This document shows positions 35,200 to 48,440 of a stretch of DNA of 64,000 nucleotides, piece by piece. The first letter of the stretch is position 1; each line of letters opens with the position of its first letter. Source of the DNA: Lama glama (lineage: Eukaryota); NCBI GenBank assembly GCA_028534125.1, contig CM052850.1:19840001-19904000 (forward strand). Reading direction: 5' to 3'. Both the position numbers and the translations under genes were made by a program. The notes below the pieces were generated by a model. That model was not told where the DNA came from and searched no databases. It saw only the letters and a list, made by a program, of their open reading frames with translations.

Positions 35200-36250
35200 G
35201 CCTGGCAGACAGGATGGAAAGGATGGCCTGGGCGGAGGTCTCAACAGACACCAAGGCCCTGGGATGGGAAAGTGCAGGGTGCACTCGGTATGCCTGCAGG
35301 ACACAGTCCTGAGCAGTGGGGCGGGTCCACGCTGGAGCATGGCAGGACCAGCTGGATCTCGCCTGTCTTGCTGAAGGGTTTTGGAACAGTCTGGTGGGCA
35401 GCAGGGAGAATTATGGGGAGAGAGACGATCAGATCTGCATTTTAGCTGCAGCATGGCAAGTGTTGCAAAGGCCAGTTTCGGAGGCAGGAAGATGAGTTGG
35501 AAGCACGTTTCCATGGTTGAGATGAGGGGTGGTGACACCCTGAATCAGAGCAAGACAAGAGCTGGGACGGGAGAGGCTGTGCATAACTTGGTCACCTATT
35601 AGGATGGAGGTACTGTCTGCAGGAAGAGGAGGAGTCTAGCCATTGCTTGGGTAACTCAGTGGCTGGGAGAGCCATTTATCATGATTGGAACCACAGAAGG
35701 AGGTTGAGGTGGGGAATGACCAGCAGGTCAGTTTTGGACACGTCAGAGTTGAGGTTTGGGGTTGGCGGGTGGGCATCCAGCTGCCTCCAGGACATTGACG
35801 CAGAGGCCAGGGCTGGATGAGCAGGGCGAAGCGAGATGAGAGGAGGGCACAGAACAGACCCCCTGGAGAAACATTATCAAGTGAGAAGTGGGGGGAAGAG
35901 AGAGGAGCCCACAAAGGTGAAGGAGCAGTCAGGGAGGTCAGAGGAGACCCCGGAGGGAGGGAGTCACAAAGCTGAGACAGAGAAGGGAGTGTCGGCTATG
36001 CCACAGGGAGATCAAGGAGTTGTGGTCCCCAGAGTTGGGGGTCACACTGGTCCTCTGCATCAGGCTGTGGGCAGGTCCCTGTGCCCATCCTCAGCGCAGT
36101 TGCTGGGAGTGGCAGACACAGGGCAGTGGAAGGGGAAGGAGGACCAAGTAGGACATGAGGGAGTGAAGACCCTGGTCACTGGCCTGTCTTTGGAGAAGCT
36201 TGGCTGTGAATGGAGGGACCCAGCGTGGCTGCTGGAGCGGACACGGTGCT
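35200..36250 (-). mobile_element. L2 LINE fragment (about 1 kb)
   Basis: gatcagatctgcattttag, ttgcttgggtaactcagtggctgggagagccatttatc, gtcagttttggacacgtcagagttgagg, tctttggagaagcttggctgtgaa. Confidence 0.65.
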
Positions 36251-39200
36251 GAGGGAGGGGTGCTGGTCTGTGTATGGAGGCTGCAGGGACTGCGTGTGTC
36301 TGTCAGCTGTCAGGAAGGAGCCAGTTGATGCCCTATTATGGTTTCTTTCAAATGGCACTACTTTAGGGACCTTCTAGTGTTTGCTTCTATTGCTTGAGCC
36401 TTGTGGATAATGTACAGATTTAAAAACAAATCTTTTTGCTGATTTGCTCATTTCTTTCCCTGCACTTTGTTTCATCTGGGATACAGTCTAACTCATCTGA
36501 TTTAATACACATTTTTAAAAATGCCAGAACTATTAAACACCTTGTTTACAGGCAGATGAAATCAGTTTATTTCAAACAACAACAAAAAATGAAGGAGCCA
36601 GTTGAGAGGGAGAGGAGATAACCAGGGGGCCAGGTTCTAGTTCAGGAGTGCACAGGAGGGGAAGGGACTGAGTGCCCCAGGGAGGAAGAGCCCTGGCTCG
36701 GAGCCTGGGGGGCGGGCTGGAGGAGGGAGAGGGGAGGAGGTGCAGATGCACCTACATCTGCAGGTGTGGGGCCAGCCTTGGTGTCCTTGGTGAAACTGCA
36801 GGGACAGGAAGCTACAGGATCATTTCTGGCACATAGCAGGGCACAGTGAATGTTTGTTGAATTAAAATGCAGGGACTTCTGTGAACCTAGAATGGGACAT
36901 AGGCAGTGGCAGATTTCCCACCATCCAGTGTGTAGATGGCAACTTTAGAGAGAACTAATTTCAGTGTGGGGTTACGGGCCATACTCCAAGTGAAAAACAT
37001 CAATCAGATCAAGATCTGGTATTGGCCTCCAGAGGCTTCTAGTTTACTTCAAATTTGATAGAAACATAATGATAGTGACAAGACATAGGTCTTCAACTGC
37101 ATGAATTTAAAACACAGGAGACCAACAGAAGGAGAGACTTTTAAGATACAAGGTGTGTAAAAGTGGATATTTTTATTAACTACCAATAGAGTTCTCAGCT
37201 GACAGGAAACGTACTTTAGATTGTAGGGCGTAAACTATATTCAGGAGACCACTCACGTTACAAGGCTCACCTGCCACGGCCCGATGGTCCCACAGATCGG
37301 AGCCTATGTGGCCCTTCCTGGGTGCATGTAACCCACTGTCACAGGGACACGGGCATCTGGAATGCAGGAGGTGTCACTGGTCCAGATGCTTCAGGGTCCC
37401 ACTGCTAGATGAGCTAGGAATGGACCTGATGGTTCAGGCTGAGTCTTGCTCTGTGCCCTCACCCTCCCGTCTCCCTGAAGAAGAAAGTGGGCTCACGTCA
37501 CATCCTGAACTTGCCTGTAAGGCAAGGACTACTGTGTGTCAGGCGTTAAGAACCCAGAAATCATTCAGACACCGTCCCTGCCTTTGGAAGCTGCTTGTCC
37601 TAGACCTTGATCCTCTGTGACCCAGGCTGGTACGTGCCGTGGCATGCGGTGTGTGTGAAACACCATGTGGCCGCAGAGGATTGGGCAACGTTCCTGGGGA
37701 GATGGGGCTTTAATGGAGCCTTGCATTCACTGGGAGCAGAGCCCTTGTGTGCTTGGGATGAAACTGGTCTGGAGCATTTCAGGTGTGTGAGAGAGAAGGG
37801 AAAGATGGTGTGTCTGTCCTGGGGGAGATGGCAGTTTCCCAACCCTGTTGAGACCCTGCCTCACCCCTAGGGCTGGGGTCTCTATCCCTGCTGTCCTCTT
37901 GTAGACGTTTCCTAAGGAGGTATCTGGCTGGTTGGCTGATGGATTTGAATTGCCTTGACTGGACTCAGAGGCAAAGGTCCTCCTTTTGAGCTGAGCAGAC
38001 TGGGGACTCCTGAGATCCTGAAACCTCCAGATGGTTCTCTCGGCCTGCATGGTCTGGGAACATGAGCTCCATAACCCAGGTGTGCTGCACAGAGAGGAGG
38101 AGGGAGCTCCCGGCGCCCAGCGTGGCTCCAGGACCGGGGGCTGTCCAGCTCAACAGGAAAATTCTGGATGGTGGCTTCTTCTGCCCAGCTCACATCCATC
38201 TCCTGCTCCACTCTAATGAACACTGCCTAGATAGATGGTCATACACGTGGGAGACTGGAAATGGGGAGTGTGTTTCAGGGGAGAGCACCTGGCCAGGCCT
38301 GGCCGGGCCTGGCTGGGCCACCGCACATCAGCTGAGGACACTGCCCCCTCCCACTGGCCCGGCTGCACCCGGTATGGCTGGGAAGAAAGGAGAAAGGGAG
38401 GGAGTAGCTTCTGAGTCCGAACACCACGGAGTCCTTGTCAGACTCTACCCTTCAAAGACAGGAAGCTGAGAGGCTGACACGTTAGCAACCACCTCGGTGA
38501 CGATGGTGTCACCTCATCTTGTCTAGTGCTTTGTATTTTTTGGCGTGTTTTCACATATATTGTCAGACCTCTTGCCTGCCTGGCTTCACCTCTTTGACTT
38601 TTAGGCTTCAGACCAGATATTTCCTCCTCCAGGAACCTTTCGGGCCGCCCCCACTCCCTGGGCAAGGCACCCCTTCCAGGACTTGGCTTGGCATCGGCTC
38701 TGCCCCCTGACACTATTTCTTGCCTGCACCTGCTCTTGGCCGCGGGTGCATGGTGGTGGGGGCTGACTTTGGTTCACTGCTGTATCCCATAGCAGAGAGT
38801 GCCCAGCACATAGCAGGTTCCAGAAGTGTAGCCAAATGAGCGGACAGCAAGCCCAGGGGGTACACGGGGCAGATTGATTCTCCCCTCGCTCCACAGAAGA
38901 GAAAACGGACTTTCTGTTAAGGCCTGATGTCCACAGCCTTGACTTTTGCATCATAAGGGTCTTGGTGGGCTGCCCGCTGCGAGCTGAGCTGGCCACACCC
39001 ATGGTGTCTGCACCCGCGCCCGTGCTCCCCCTCCGTCGTCCCCTCCTGGGCCTCAGTCCGAGGGCCTCTTCACTCTCCAATTTGTGATTTGCGGCTGGCC
39101 ATGGATTGCCATGGTTACTATGCCAGCCCTGGCAGTCTCTGTGTGACATTTTGGTTTTATTTGCTAAATGTTTGAACACTTGGGTTTAACCCTTTCTGCC

Positions 39201-41244
39201 TCAGGGAGGGCTTTCCTGCCTCATTGCTCCTCCCCCAGGGGTGATGGCCTCCTGCTGCTCTTCCCTAATGGCAACCGGGAGTCCATGGGGGAGCAGCTAG
39301 CCTGATTCTCAGCTGCCTGTATTGACTTTCTGTTTTGTCACTTGGAAATGTCATCCTGTGCCATGCTTCTTGACAGGGCGTGTGCTGCATCTATTAACAG
39401 GTGTGAAAACCTCTGCCCTGGGCATGTTCAGACTTGCCCCAGCCAGGAGGGACAGTCGCAGACTTCCAGAGTCAGCCGGCTGGGGCTCCAGTGGCTTCTA
39501 GGCAATTGCCTCTTGCCAAGTCCTCCAGAAGCTTCCTCAGCTCCAGGACTCCAGGACCTTAAGGGTGTCCTCTGCCCTTGAACCCTGGCAGGGAGACAGA
39601 AGGGAAACTGGCTTCAGGAGGAGTCGGTGTTTGTAGCTGGGAGGTGGTGTCACCCTCATCTCCCACTCCTCCTCCACTGCTGGCTCAGGATGAGGTGGTG
39701 CTGGGAGGCTGAATCCACCCAGCTGTGTGTTACCTTGGAAACCACACACCGTCCTCACCCTGGGAAGTGAGGGGGCCGAGGCACGCTTCTCAAGAAGCTT
39801 CTGCTGTAATTCAGGCACACAAGAGATCACCATCCCAACATGGGCAGCTAAGTGAATGAAAGGGTTCTGAGAGAAACAGCCTGAGTGCCTGTCCCATCCA
39901 AGGTGCTTCCACTCAGCAAGCCTCGGCCACCTTTACGTGGTCAGAGGAGCCTGTGGCCTGGCCTGTCTGTGGTACTGATCGCTGTGTGAGCCTGGAGGAG
40001 CTACTTCTCTCTCAACCTGAGTTTTGTCATCTATAGAGTAGGCAGATTGGGTTAGATGATCTCTGGGGCCTCTGATTGCATGCCGGGTTCCATGTCTGAA
40101 GGATGCTCAGTGACAAGGAGAGAAAAATGTAGGGAGAGTAGCTGTGAGTGGTTTTTGGTAACAAGGACTGATACAGTTTGCATTCAGGAGGTCCTCGTGA
40201 GGGACTGTCCGGACAACCTTGTCCCTTCTCCTAACTGCCTTGCTTCCTCCCCAGAGCTGGCTGTCCCCTTAATATGGCCTTGAACTAGAAATCGTAAATA
40301 ATCAAAAGGACAGTTCTTTGGCTTCAACATCCTAAAGTTTAAAAGTGACTCCTCTTAAGTCTCTTACAAATATAATCTGGTCCGACATCTTAAAGCTTTT
40401 AGGATAATTAAAGTAAGTGACCGAGTTCCCTTCCTCGGCGCTCAGTTCCAACCTCCTTCCATGAATACAAACCCCCACTTCTCCAAAGTCACTGGGAAGT
40501 GAGTGTTCAACTTAACAGAGTATCTGTTTCCCTGAGAGTGCCAGTGTATTCTGTCCATGACTTTTTCAGAGTGAATTCATTCTATTTCGCATTGATGTTG
40601 TTACTATTTTTAAATGACGATCTTTTCCCCCAGGGCAGCCCTTCTCCGTCAGGGATGGGCATCAGATCCCCAGTGCCCCGTCTGGCCCCACAGGCCCGGG
40701 GCATGTGCGTTGTGAGGGCACCACAGGTCCCAGTGCATACTCCTGACTGGGAGACCACGTGCTCGGTTACAGGCTCAGCAAGGCCGTGTCGTCTCTTCAC
40801 TGTCTTTGTGGCTGTCCCCGCTGTGCCATTAAAGGGTGTTGTGATAGTAGGAGCCTACGTCCAGGCTAAAGATAATTGACTCTCTGAGGATTTGGGAAAT
40901 TGGAAGGCATTGTAGAATTTTTAGTGTTTGGAGACTTCTTTACAATTTTCATCGCATTATACGGCCAAGAAAATTCTGATAATTCTAGTCTCTGTTCAGC
41001 AGGAATCTGGTAAGATGACATCTTCCTGTTTTTAAGAGTAAAGATGGCAAATTCTCCAAAACCCGATTATTGAGAAAGATGTGAGCTGTGCTGAGTTGAT
41101 CTTTGAATGAAAGAATTCACCACAATTCAATCAAGCAGAATTCCATTTCCTCTGAGCACCTCATCAGTACAAACCTGTCGGGTGGGAGGGAGGGACACTG
41201 GGCTTGTGGTCAGCAGATCTGGGGTTAAGGTGTGACTATGACAT

Positions 41245-41395
41245 TAAAAAAATTTTTTTTAATTGTATAATGGATATAAGTTAAAATGACAATTTTAACC
41301 ATTTTTAAATGTACAGCTCAGTAGCAGTAAGTACAGCCACACTGCAGTGTGGCCGTCACCACCATCCATCTCCAGAACTGCTTTCGTCATTTTTA
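41245..41395 (-). mobile_element. L1M (L1MB-like) extreme 3' end
   Basis: ttttttttaattgtataatgga...ttttaaccatttttaaatgtacagctcagtagcagtaagtaca...caccaccatccatctccagaact. Confidence 0.8.
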
Positions 41396-44300
41396 TGTAA
41401 CTTTCAGTCACCTGATGGCTTCTGGGTGTGGGTGCCCCTCCGAGTATGGTGGGCTTTTTTCACACACGCGTCTCCTACCCGCACGTTCACTGCGTCAGCC
41501 CTGCACTTGCCTACACCCTGTCCCAACACCCGCGTGTCACGGGCCAGGTTCTGGTTCTCAGTTTGGACTTAGAAAAAGGTTTGGAACCCCACAAATGATA
41601 ACGATGTCAGGCTGTATTTGTCAATGGCTCATGTGCCAGGAATCGTGCCCTTTAGGATCTCAGTGAATCCCCGTGGCAGTCCTGTGAGGTGAATCTGTTA
41701 CTATCCGTGTTTTGTAGATAAGGCGACTGAGCCCTGAGACATTCAGTTCTGTGGCCGGGGTCATGTGACTGGCGAGAGGCAGAGGTGGACCGGTGGGCTG
41801 ACCGTCTCCAAGCCTGTTAGGCTTCACTGCTGGCGGGGAGAGCTCTGGCCTTGGTCTGTCTCTCTTGCCCCTAGTTCCTGGAGGGCCAGAGGCAGCCTGG
41901 AATTTGGGCTCAGCCATGGGGATGCCCCTCCGAAACAGAATAAGAGTGAACATGACGAGGCCCAGAGCAGAACAGCAACCCAGACACTGTTGGTCCAACC
42001 CTGTAGCAGCACTGGGGCGCTGGGCCCCAGCCACACCTCCAGGAGGGACCCCCAGCCTCTGCTCTGCCTTCAAGTGGCTACTCTCCCTGTTAGAAATCCC
42101 TTCTTCGTCCTGGTTTTTCTATTGTCCTCCCCTTGCGTCCCAGGCCTACCCCAAGGTTGAGGTCCAGCACCCTCAGGGAGGTGGGGGATTGCGAACTCTG
42201 GGTAGCTCTCCAAGCCATCAGGACTGGGAGGGTGCTTTGGTTTCCCTGCCTCTCTTCTGACCCCTGCTAAGCTAGAGCCTTCTTTGAATCCCTGGCTGCC
42301 TGGCCGGGCTCCATGCTGGGTCTTGTTCTTTTTTGCCCCCCCCCCCCCCGCCCCGAGGGGCTGGCTCCTGCTTCCTGTCCCCAGTTGTTGCTTGTCTGGA
42401 GCCACAGTGGCTCTGCCCATCCCCTGGCCCTCAGGACCAGACTTCCCTTCACCCCTAAGCTGAGGCCTATCCGGGCTGTGTCTGGGCTTCCCTTCAGACA
42501 CTGAGCCTTAGGTCCCAGTGGGCCAGGCTTCAACAGTTTCCCCACCGTGTTTTCTCTTCCTCTGACTGTCCCTGTGAAAAGGGCCAGCAGCCTCTCACTC
42601 AAGTGCCCCTGGGTTGGACACAAGACCTCCCAGGGTCTTCTCCTGCCCAGGTGAGAAGTCTCCAGCTTTCTTGGCACTGTTGGGAGCCCTGTCTCCATCC
42701 TGCCCCTGCTGCTCTGCACAGTGCACCTGGCCTGCACCTGCCAGGGTGTGAGCTGCTCAAGGCAGAGTGCTACCTACTTGCGTTCTCATTCCATTGCTGC
42801 GGCCAAAGCCAGCCAGTGCTCCCAGCTTGCACAGCAGCCTCTTAGTTCACATTGAATCGAATGTCTACTGAAACCCTCTGCCTTGTTCACAGAGCTGCCA
42901 AGCCACAGGTCTCTACCCCCTGCCCCTGATCTCCCACCCTTGCTTGTCCAGTTGGCTTTTGGGGACAAGAGCTGCGTCTGTCATTCGTCTCTGTTCCATT
43001 TCTGCACATTCCTTTCGTTTCAGCCCTTCGTTCTAGTCTGTCCGGGTCTTTTAGCATCTCTCTGAGCAACTCGTGCTTGGGGCCCTCCCAGCTTCCTGTC
43101 CTCCCACATTTGATGAGGCTGACTGTGATAGCTTCATCCAAACCATTGATACAAATGTGGAATCAGAAATGGAATCTGGGGAAGTGAACTTCCTTTTGTT
43201 GGATTAAAGGCAGGAGGAATGGAAACAAAGAAATTCAAGGATCTGCAAAATCGTTCTCCTAAACATCTGCGGGCCTCCCCTTGGGCTGTGGTCTTATGCT
43301 CCCTCCCAATCTACCTGCAAAATAAGCCCCGCTGTGCATTCATTCACCTAGTGTGTTTATTGAGCTGCGTATTGGTGCGGGATGGGGCTGGGAGCTGCAG
43401 AGTGGACCCCATCTCCGTGCTGCTCACGATCTGTGAACTAAAGGTTGAAGTGGGCACTCGGCTACCTGGCAGGATTGGGTTGTTACAGCACTGCCCCTCC
43501 CTGCAGGCTGTGTCACAGGAGAGTGTTGCCACATGGCCACGTCCCCAGGGCTTCAGCACTCCAGAAGCCAGTCTCAGCCACAGCAGCTGGGCTTGGCCGT
43601 GACTGCTGACCTATGGCTGCACTGGCTACAGCCACGACCAGAGATCAGTGACCAGCCACGGCGGAGCCGTCAGCCAGGTGCGGAGCGGCCACAGCCTCCG
43701 AGCTCCATACAGTGAGGTTTACCCCAGCCCCGATGCTGGTCTGCTGTGTTTGTGCCCACAGGACCTGCCCTGGTGGCCCTCAGTTCCCTCATTTGTGCAA
43801 CCAGGGCGGGGGAGCTATGTGCTCTCCAAGGCTCCACCCAGCTCTCTCTGGTGCCTCTGGCTAGAATGTGCTAGAAACCTTACTGATTTGACAGCAGAGA
43901 AATGACCACCCCTGGGTGTGTGTGTGGGATGGAGGTGGGTGGGTGGGGTAGGCAGGGCAGTATTTGTCTTCCTGCTGCTGTTAGAAATAAAAACTGTTCT
44001 CCACCTCCCCTGAGGACTGGACAAAAGGTGATTAACTCATTTGACACAGAGCTATTGAAGGTCCGTTCTGAACTGGGCACCTCATGGCTGGCAAGGTCCC
44101 TGCCCGAAACAGGCTTGTGATCTAATGGGGAGATAAGCACCCAACTCCTCAGTGCCTCGGCTGCCAAGTGTTGGAGGCTGAGCTGTGGCGCACGGGCGCG
44201 GCACACACAGTAAGGCCTTCTTAGTGGGTGGCAATGAGGCCACCGCCCACCGGGCATTTGAGATGGGCCTTAAAGGCTGGGCAGAGCTTCTGCAGATGTG

Positions 44301-46875
44301 GAGAGCTAGGAAAGCTCAGGGCTTCTGGGGAGTGGGAGAGATGCCATTGATCATAAAGGCAGAGGTGACAAGAAAGACTAAACGGGATGCCTGGACTCAG
44401 ATCCTGGGAGTAGGATCAGGAGAGATTAGGCATCCTTGTCTCCAATGGTAACAGCCCCTAAGTGTCTATTAGAACGGGCTCAGGGATGGCAATCTGATGG
44501 GGGACAGGGAAACCAGAGAATTTATCTCCAAGTTGCATTAGCAAAGCATTTTATAGAAGACTGCTAAAACATCAATATTTTTAGTCAGTATTAAGACCAA
44601 AGCCTGGGGCTGAGGGTTGGGCGGGGGACTGGTGAGATGACGGAAGCCCACCCACTCTGCAAGATTTAGCGCCTGCTCTGACTTGAAAGCAAAGCATTGA
44701 GCTCCAGGAAACACTGAAAATCTCTTCCTTGGGGGATCTTTAGAAGTAAAGACAACAGCTACCTGGTACACTCTTGTTTGAGAGGGAGAGGGATGGAAAA
44801 ATACCCCTTCAGAATCTGGGGTTCTGTGATCTTGTTGATGGAACACGACCCCACCAGGAGCCCTGGCCCCTTGGGTAGCCAGAATTTGTCTTGCTCTGTT
44901 GGATCTTTTTAGATGTTTAACAGCACTGATGAGATTTACAAGAACCTCAGGATTTTACAATTTTGTTCTCCTCTTATTCCCTAACCCAGCCTCCACCTAA
45001 AAACACACGGTTCCCCAGCAGCCTGGGAGCCAGAGCTCCCCCTCAGGCAGGACGTTGGGTCCACCTGTGGGTTTGGGGAGGGGGTGTGGCTGGGAACGGC
45101 CACCCTTCCAGAGTGTTGGCAGAATGGGCTTTGGTCCCCAAGGCCTGGCTGTCGCCTGCAGGAGTGGTGACCTCACCCAAGGCTGACGTGGGGGCTTCTC
45201 AGTTTGTAGTGGGCTTGAAAGGTGCAAACGCCGGGGAAATGTAGGCGGAGATGTGCTGCCTGTAGCTCATAATGGAGCAGCTGACTTTGAGCAGGAACCG
45301 ACCGTGGCTCGTGGCTCATGCTGCCGTTGGCTTATCCCGTGAGAGCCTGCCCCTGCCGCCCTGATGCCGTTTTTTCCTCTTCTCAGTTTCTTCTCGATCA
45401 TCCTATCAGCATCATCTAAACCTGCCTCTTCCAACTTCTCTTCTTGTCTTCTCTGGCTCTCCTTTCTTGCTTGCTTCAGTCTTTCATACGTAAACATGTG
45501 GTGCCTGTTGCTGTGGGCTGGCTCTGTGTGTGTGCGTGCGCGGCTTTCCAGTTGAATTGACAGGGCTGAATTTACAGCCGATACTGCCTGACTCTGGAAA
45601 AAGAGAGGACAATGAGGGACAGGATCTCTTGTAGCAGAGAACATTCGGATCTGGGTGTCCTTTCAGGGTAAATTTAGTTCCCAGGGCTGGTGCAACATTC
45701 TAATTTGGTGGGAGTCCTTGGGTGCCCACTGTGGGGAGGGGGCCTCCTGGTCCATTTCAGGGGACATGTGAAACCCAAAGTTTATGACCGTTATGTAGAA
45801 CTGCAGTTCCGGCAACCCTGAGCGGACACAAGGTTTATTCATCTGGCATCAGGTTTCCTTCAAGCCCCTTTGTAGCGCTTTATTGTTCTTGAAGCTTCTA
45901 CATTTTCACAGCTGGCCCATTTCAAGGCATAAATACAGATTAATAGTCTATACTCACTGAGTTCTCATGCTCCCAGGATTAAATCAATAATGACTGAAAT
46001 ATTAATTGGACCTTTGTGAAAAGAAAATGAAATATGGTACAGAGCAGAGTGTTCTAGATTTGGAATCAAAAGTTTGAATCTCAGCTCTGCTGCAAATTGG
46101 TGACCTCAAGAGAATCACTGAACTTCCCTGAATCTGCTTCTCCTGCTGGGTGATGGGATCAGATGGCCACGCAGGAAGGTAGTGAGTACCAGCTGCAAGA
46201 GCCTGGCACAAACCAAGGGCTTGATGGATGTTTAATTTTGGACCCTCCTTGCCAAGGAGATCGCCATTGTAAACTCAATCCCCTGCTCTTGGCACGGTGG
46301 TCCAGCTCTTGACTGCTGTTGGCAACTGTCGAGATGCTGGTCACCTTCAGTCCTTTAGAGTAAGTCTCTGAGGTCCTTGCTGACCATTCCCACGGTGCTT
46401 TCTTAGCTGGTGATCAGGAACACTCCCTGGGGGCCCCCCTTCCCAACCTTTTCCCACCCCCCTGCCCCCCCAGCCCCATTTCCTGTTGATTCTCATGAAC
46501 AGAGTCAGGAAGCAGAAACACTGGTCTGTGCTTTGTTAATGGGCATCACAGGGCTCTAGGGAGCCTCTTGTGCCGTCGGAGAAAGACTAGCCCGTTCCCA
46601 CCAGCCTGGGCCCAGGTCACGAAGCGTCTTGCTGACGCACAGGGCCTGGGACCACTCAGCCACCTCAGGAGCAGGCAGTGGCTCCAGGGATGGTGGGTAG
46701 AGAGTGGACAGCCCCGTGGCAGGTGCGTGGAGCACAGGAGGCGACAGCCCTGATAGGATGGTGGTGGTAAAAATGTTAATAACAACTCATTGCAAAGCAC
46801 TGAGTAGTGCTGCATGTTTTTCAAAATTTCTCTCATTTTATCGTCACACTCTCCCGGATTTACTCCCATTCATCC

Positions 46876-47351
46876 TGTGTTAGTGTCCTATCGCCGCTGT
46901 AACATGTTACCACAAACTCAGTGGCTTAAAACAACACAAATTTTTTATCTTACAGTTCTGGAGGTCAGGAGTCTAAAATGAGCCTTACTAGGCTAAAATC
47001 GAGGGGTCAGCAAGGCTGCATTTTCTGGAGGCTCTAGGGGAAAATCCATTTCCTTGCCTTCTCCAGCTTCTAGAAGCTGCCTGCCCCTCCATCTTCAAAG
47101 CCGGCAACAGCCGCCCAAGGCTTTTTGCACATTGTATCACTCTGACACTGACTTTATCTGCCTCCCTCTTCCACCTTTAAGGATCCTTATGATTACACTG
47201 GACCCACCCAGATTATCCAGGATAATCGCCCTATATTTTAGTCCTAATCCATTTGCGTCCTTAATTCCTCTTTGCCTGTAAGGTAACATATTCACAGGTC
47301 TGGAGAAGAGGACGTGGACATTTGTTGGGGGGCATTATTCTGCCTACCACA
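46876..47351 (-). mobile_element. MaLR solo LTR (MLT1C/D-like) inserted into a MIR
   Basis: tgtgttagtgtcctat...ttaccacaaactcagtggcttaaaacaacacaaatt...ttacagttctggaggtcaggagtctaaaat...cattattctgcctaccaca; TG...CA ends; MIR halves on both sides. Confidence 0.88.
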
Positions 47352-47639
47352 ATGCCCTATTTGCAGATGAGGAAACTGAGGCTGGGATATTATGTAACAT
47401 GACCAAAGTCATGCAGCTGGTGGGCAGCAAGGTTGGAATGTGAGCTGGAGCTGCACAATCTAAAACCTGCCATCATTTTAAAAGGCTCCCTAGGAAACCA
47501 GGGAAAGCACATTCCTCCAGAACGGCCCCAAACAGCGACCACATGGGAGCAGGGCAGGTCCACCCAGTCTGAAGCCCCTCACACCATTTTAGGTCACAAT
47601 GGAAGAATAGACTGCTCTGTGCACAGCACTGCATAGACC

Positions 47640-47825
47640 GAACCCGCGGTCCTGAAACTTGGCTGTTATATTGGAACCGCCCAGGGAACTTTAAAATAAT
47701 ACTGATGCCTGAGTCCCACCCCCAGAGACTGGGATTTAATTGCTCTGGGGAGGCACTGAGTATAGGGTTTTTTCCAAGATCCCCAGGTGATTCTAAAGTG
47801 CAGCAGAGTGTGGGAATCATTGCTC
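47640..47825. mobile_element. MER5A/B hAT-Charlie element
   Basis: actttaaaataatactgatgcctgagtcccacccccagagact...atttaattgctctgggg...tccccaggtgattctaaagtgcagc. Confidence 0.85.
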
Positions 47826-48199
47826 TGAGCTAATCCATGGTCCCAGCCATGCCCCCCACAATTATGTGCGCCTCCTGTGACCACGCCCAGGACACACCCA
47901 CCCACCCCCAGGACTTTGTTCTTGGGCCCATGCCCAAAATGGCCATATCTCCTTTGCTTCTTCCTGGCAGCCTCCCTCACACCCTGGCTGTGTACAGAGC
48001 AGCATCGTTAATGCACAGAGCATCCTCCTCTTTGGGAACGAAGCATATTTTCCTTCTGTGTCTCTCATGTCCCTCTGCATGGCTGTCTGCAGAATTGAGT
48101 TTTATTAATCCCCCCTCCCCTTGCACATGTTTTATTTCTGTAAAGAATCTCTCCTAGAAAATCCATTCAACTTGAGAGGCAGCTTATGTGGAATCTGAT

Positions 48200-48440
48200 A
48201 AGAGATCAGACTCTGGAACCAGACTGATTGCCTGGGTTCAAATCTCAGCCCTGCTGGTTGCTGGCTGTGAGCTTGAAGCAAGTTATTTTATCTCTCAGTG
48301 CCTCAGTTTCCTCATCTGTACAATAGGGATAACAGGAGTCCTGACCTAGGGTTGGTGTGAGCATTAATTATTTCTTCTCTGTAACAGGGATTAATTAGAA
48401 GGGTGTCTGGCACATAGTAAGGCGGTATCAGTATTTGCCA
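48200..48440 (+). mobile_element. MIR SINE, near full length
   Basis: ctctggaaccagact...ctgggttcaaatctcagcc...tgcctcagtttcctcatctgtacaatagggataa...tctggcacatagtaagg. Confidence 0.85.

Noticed and set aside
36332-36341. CArG boxes (CCTATTATGG here; CCATTTTAGG near 806 and 47584)
   Set aside because: A few matches are expected by chance in 64 kb, and there is no supporting context.
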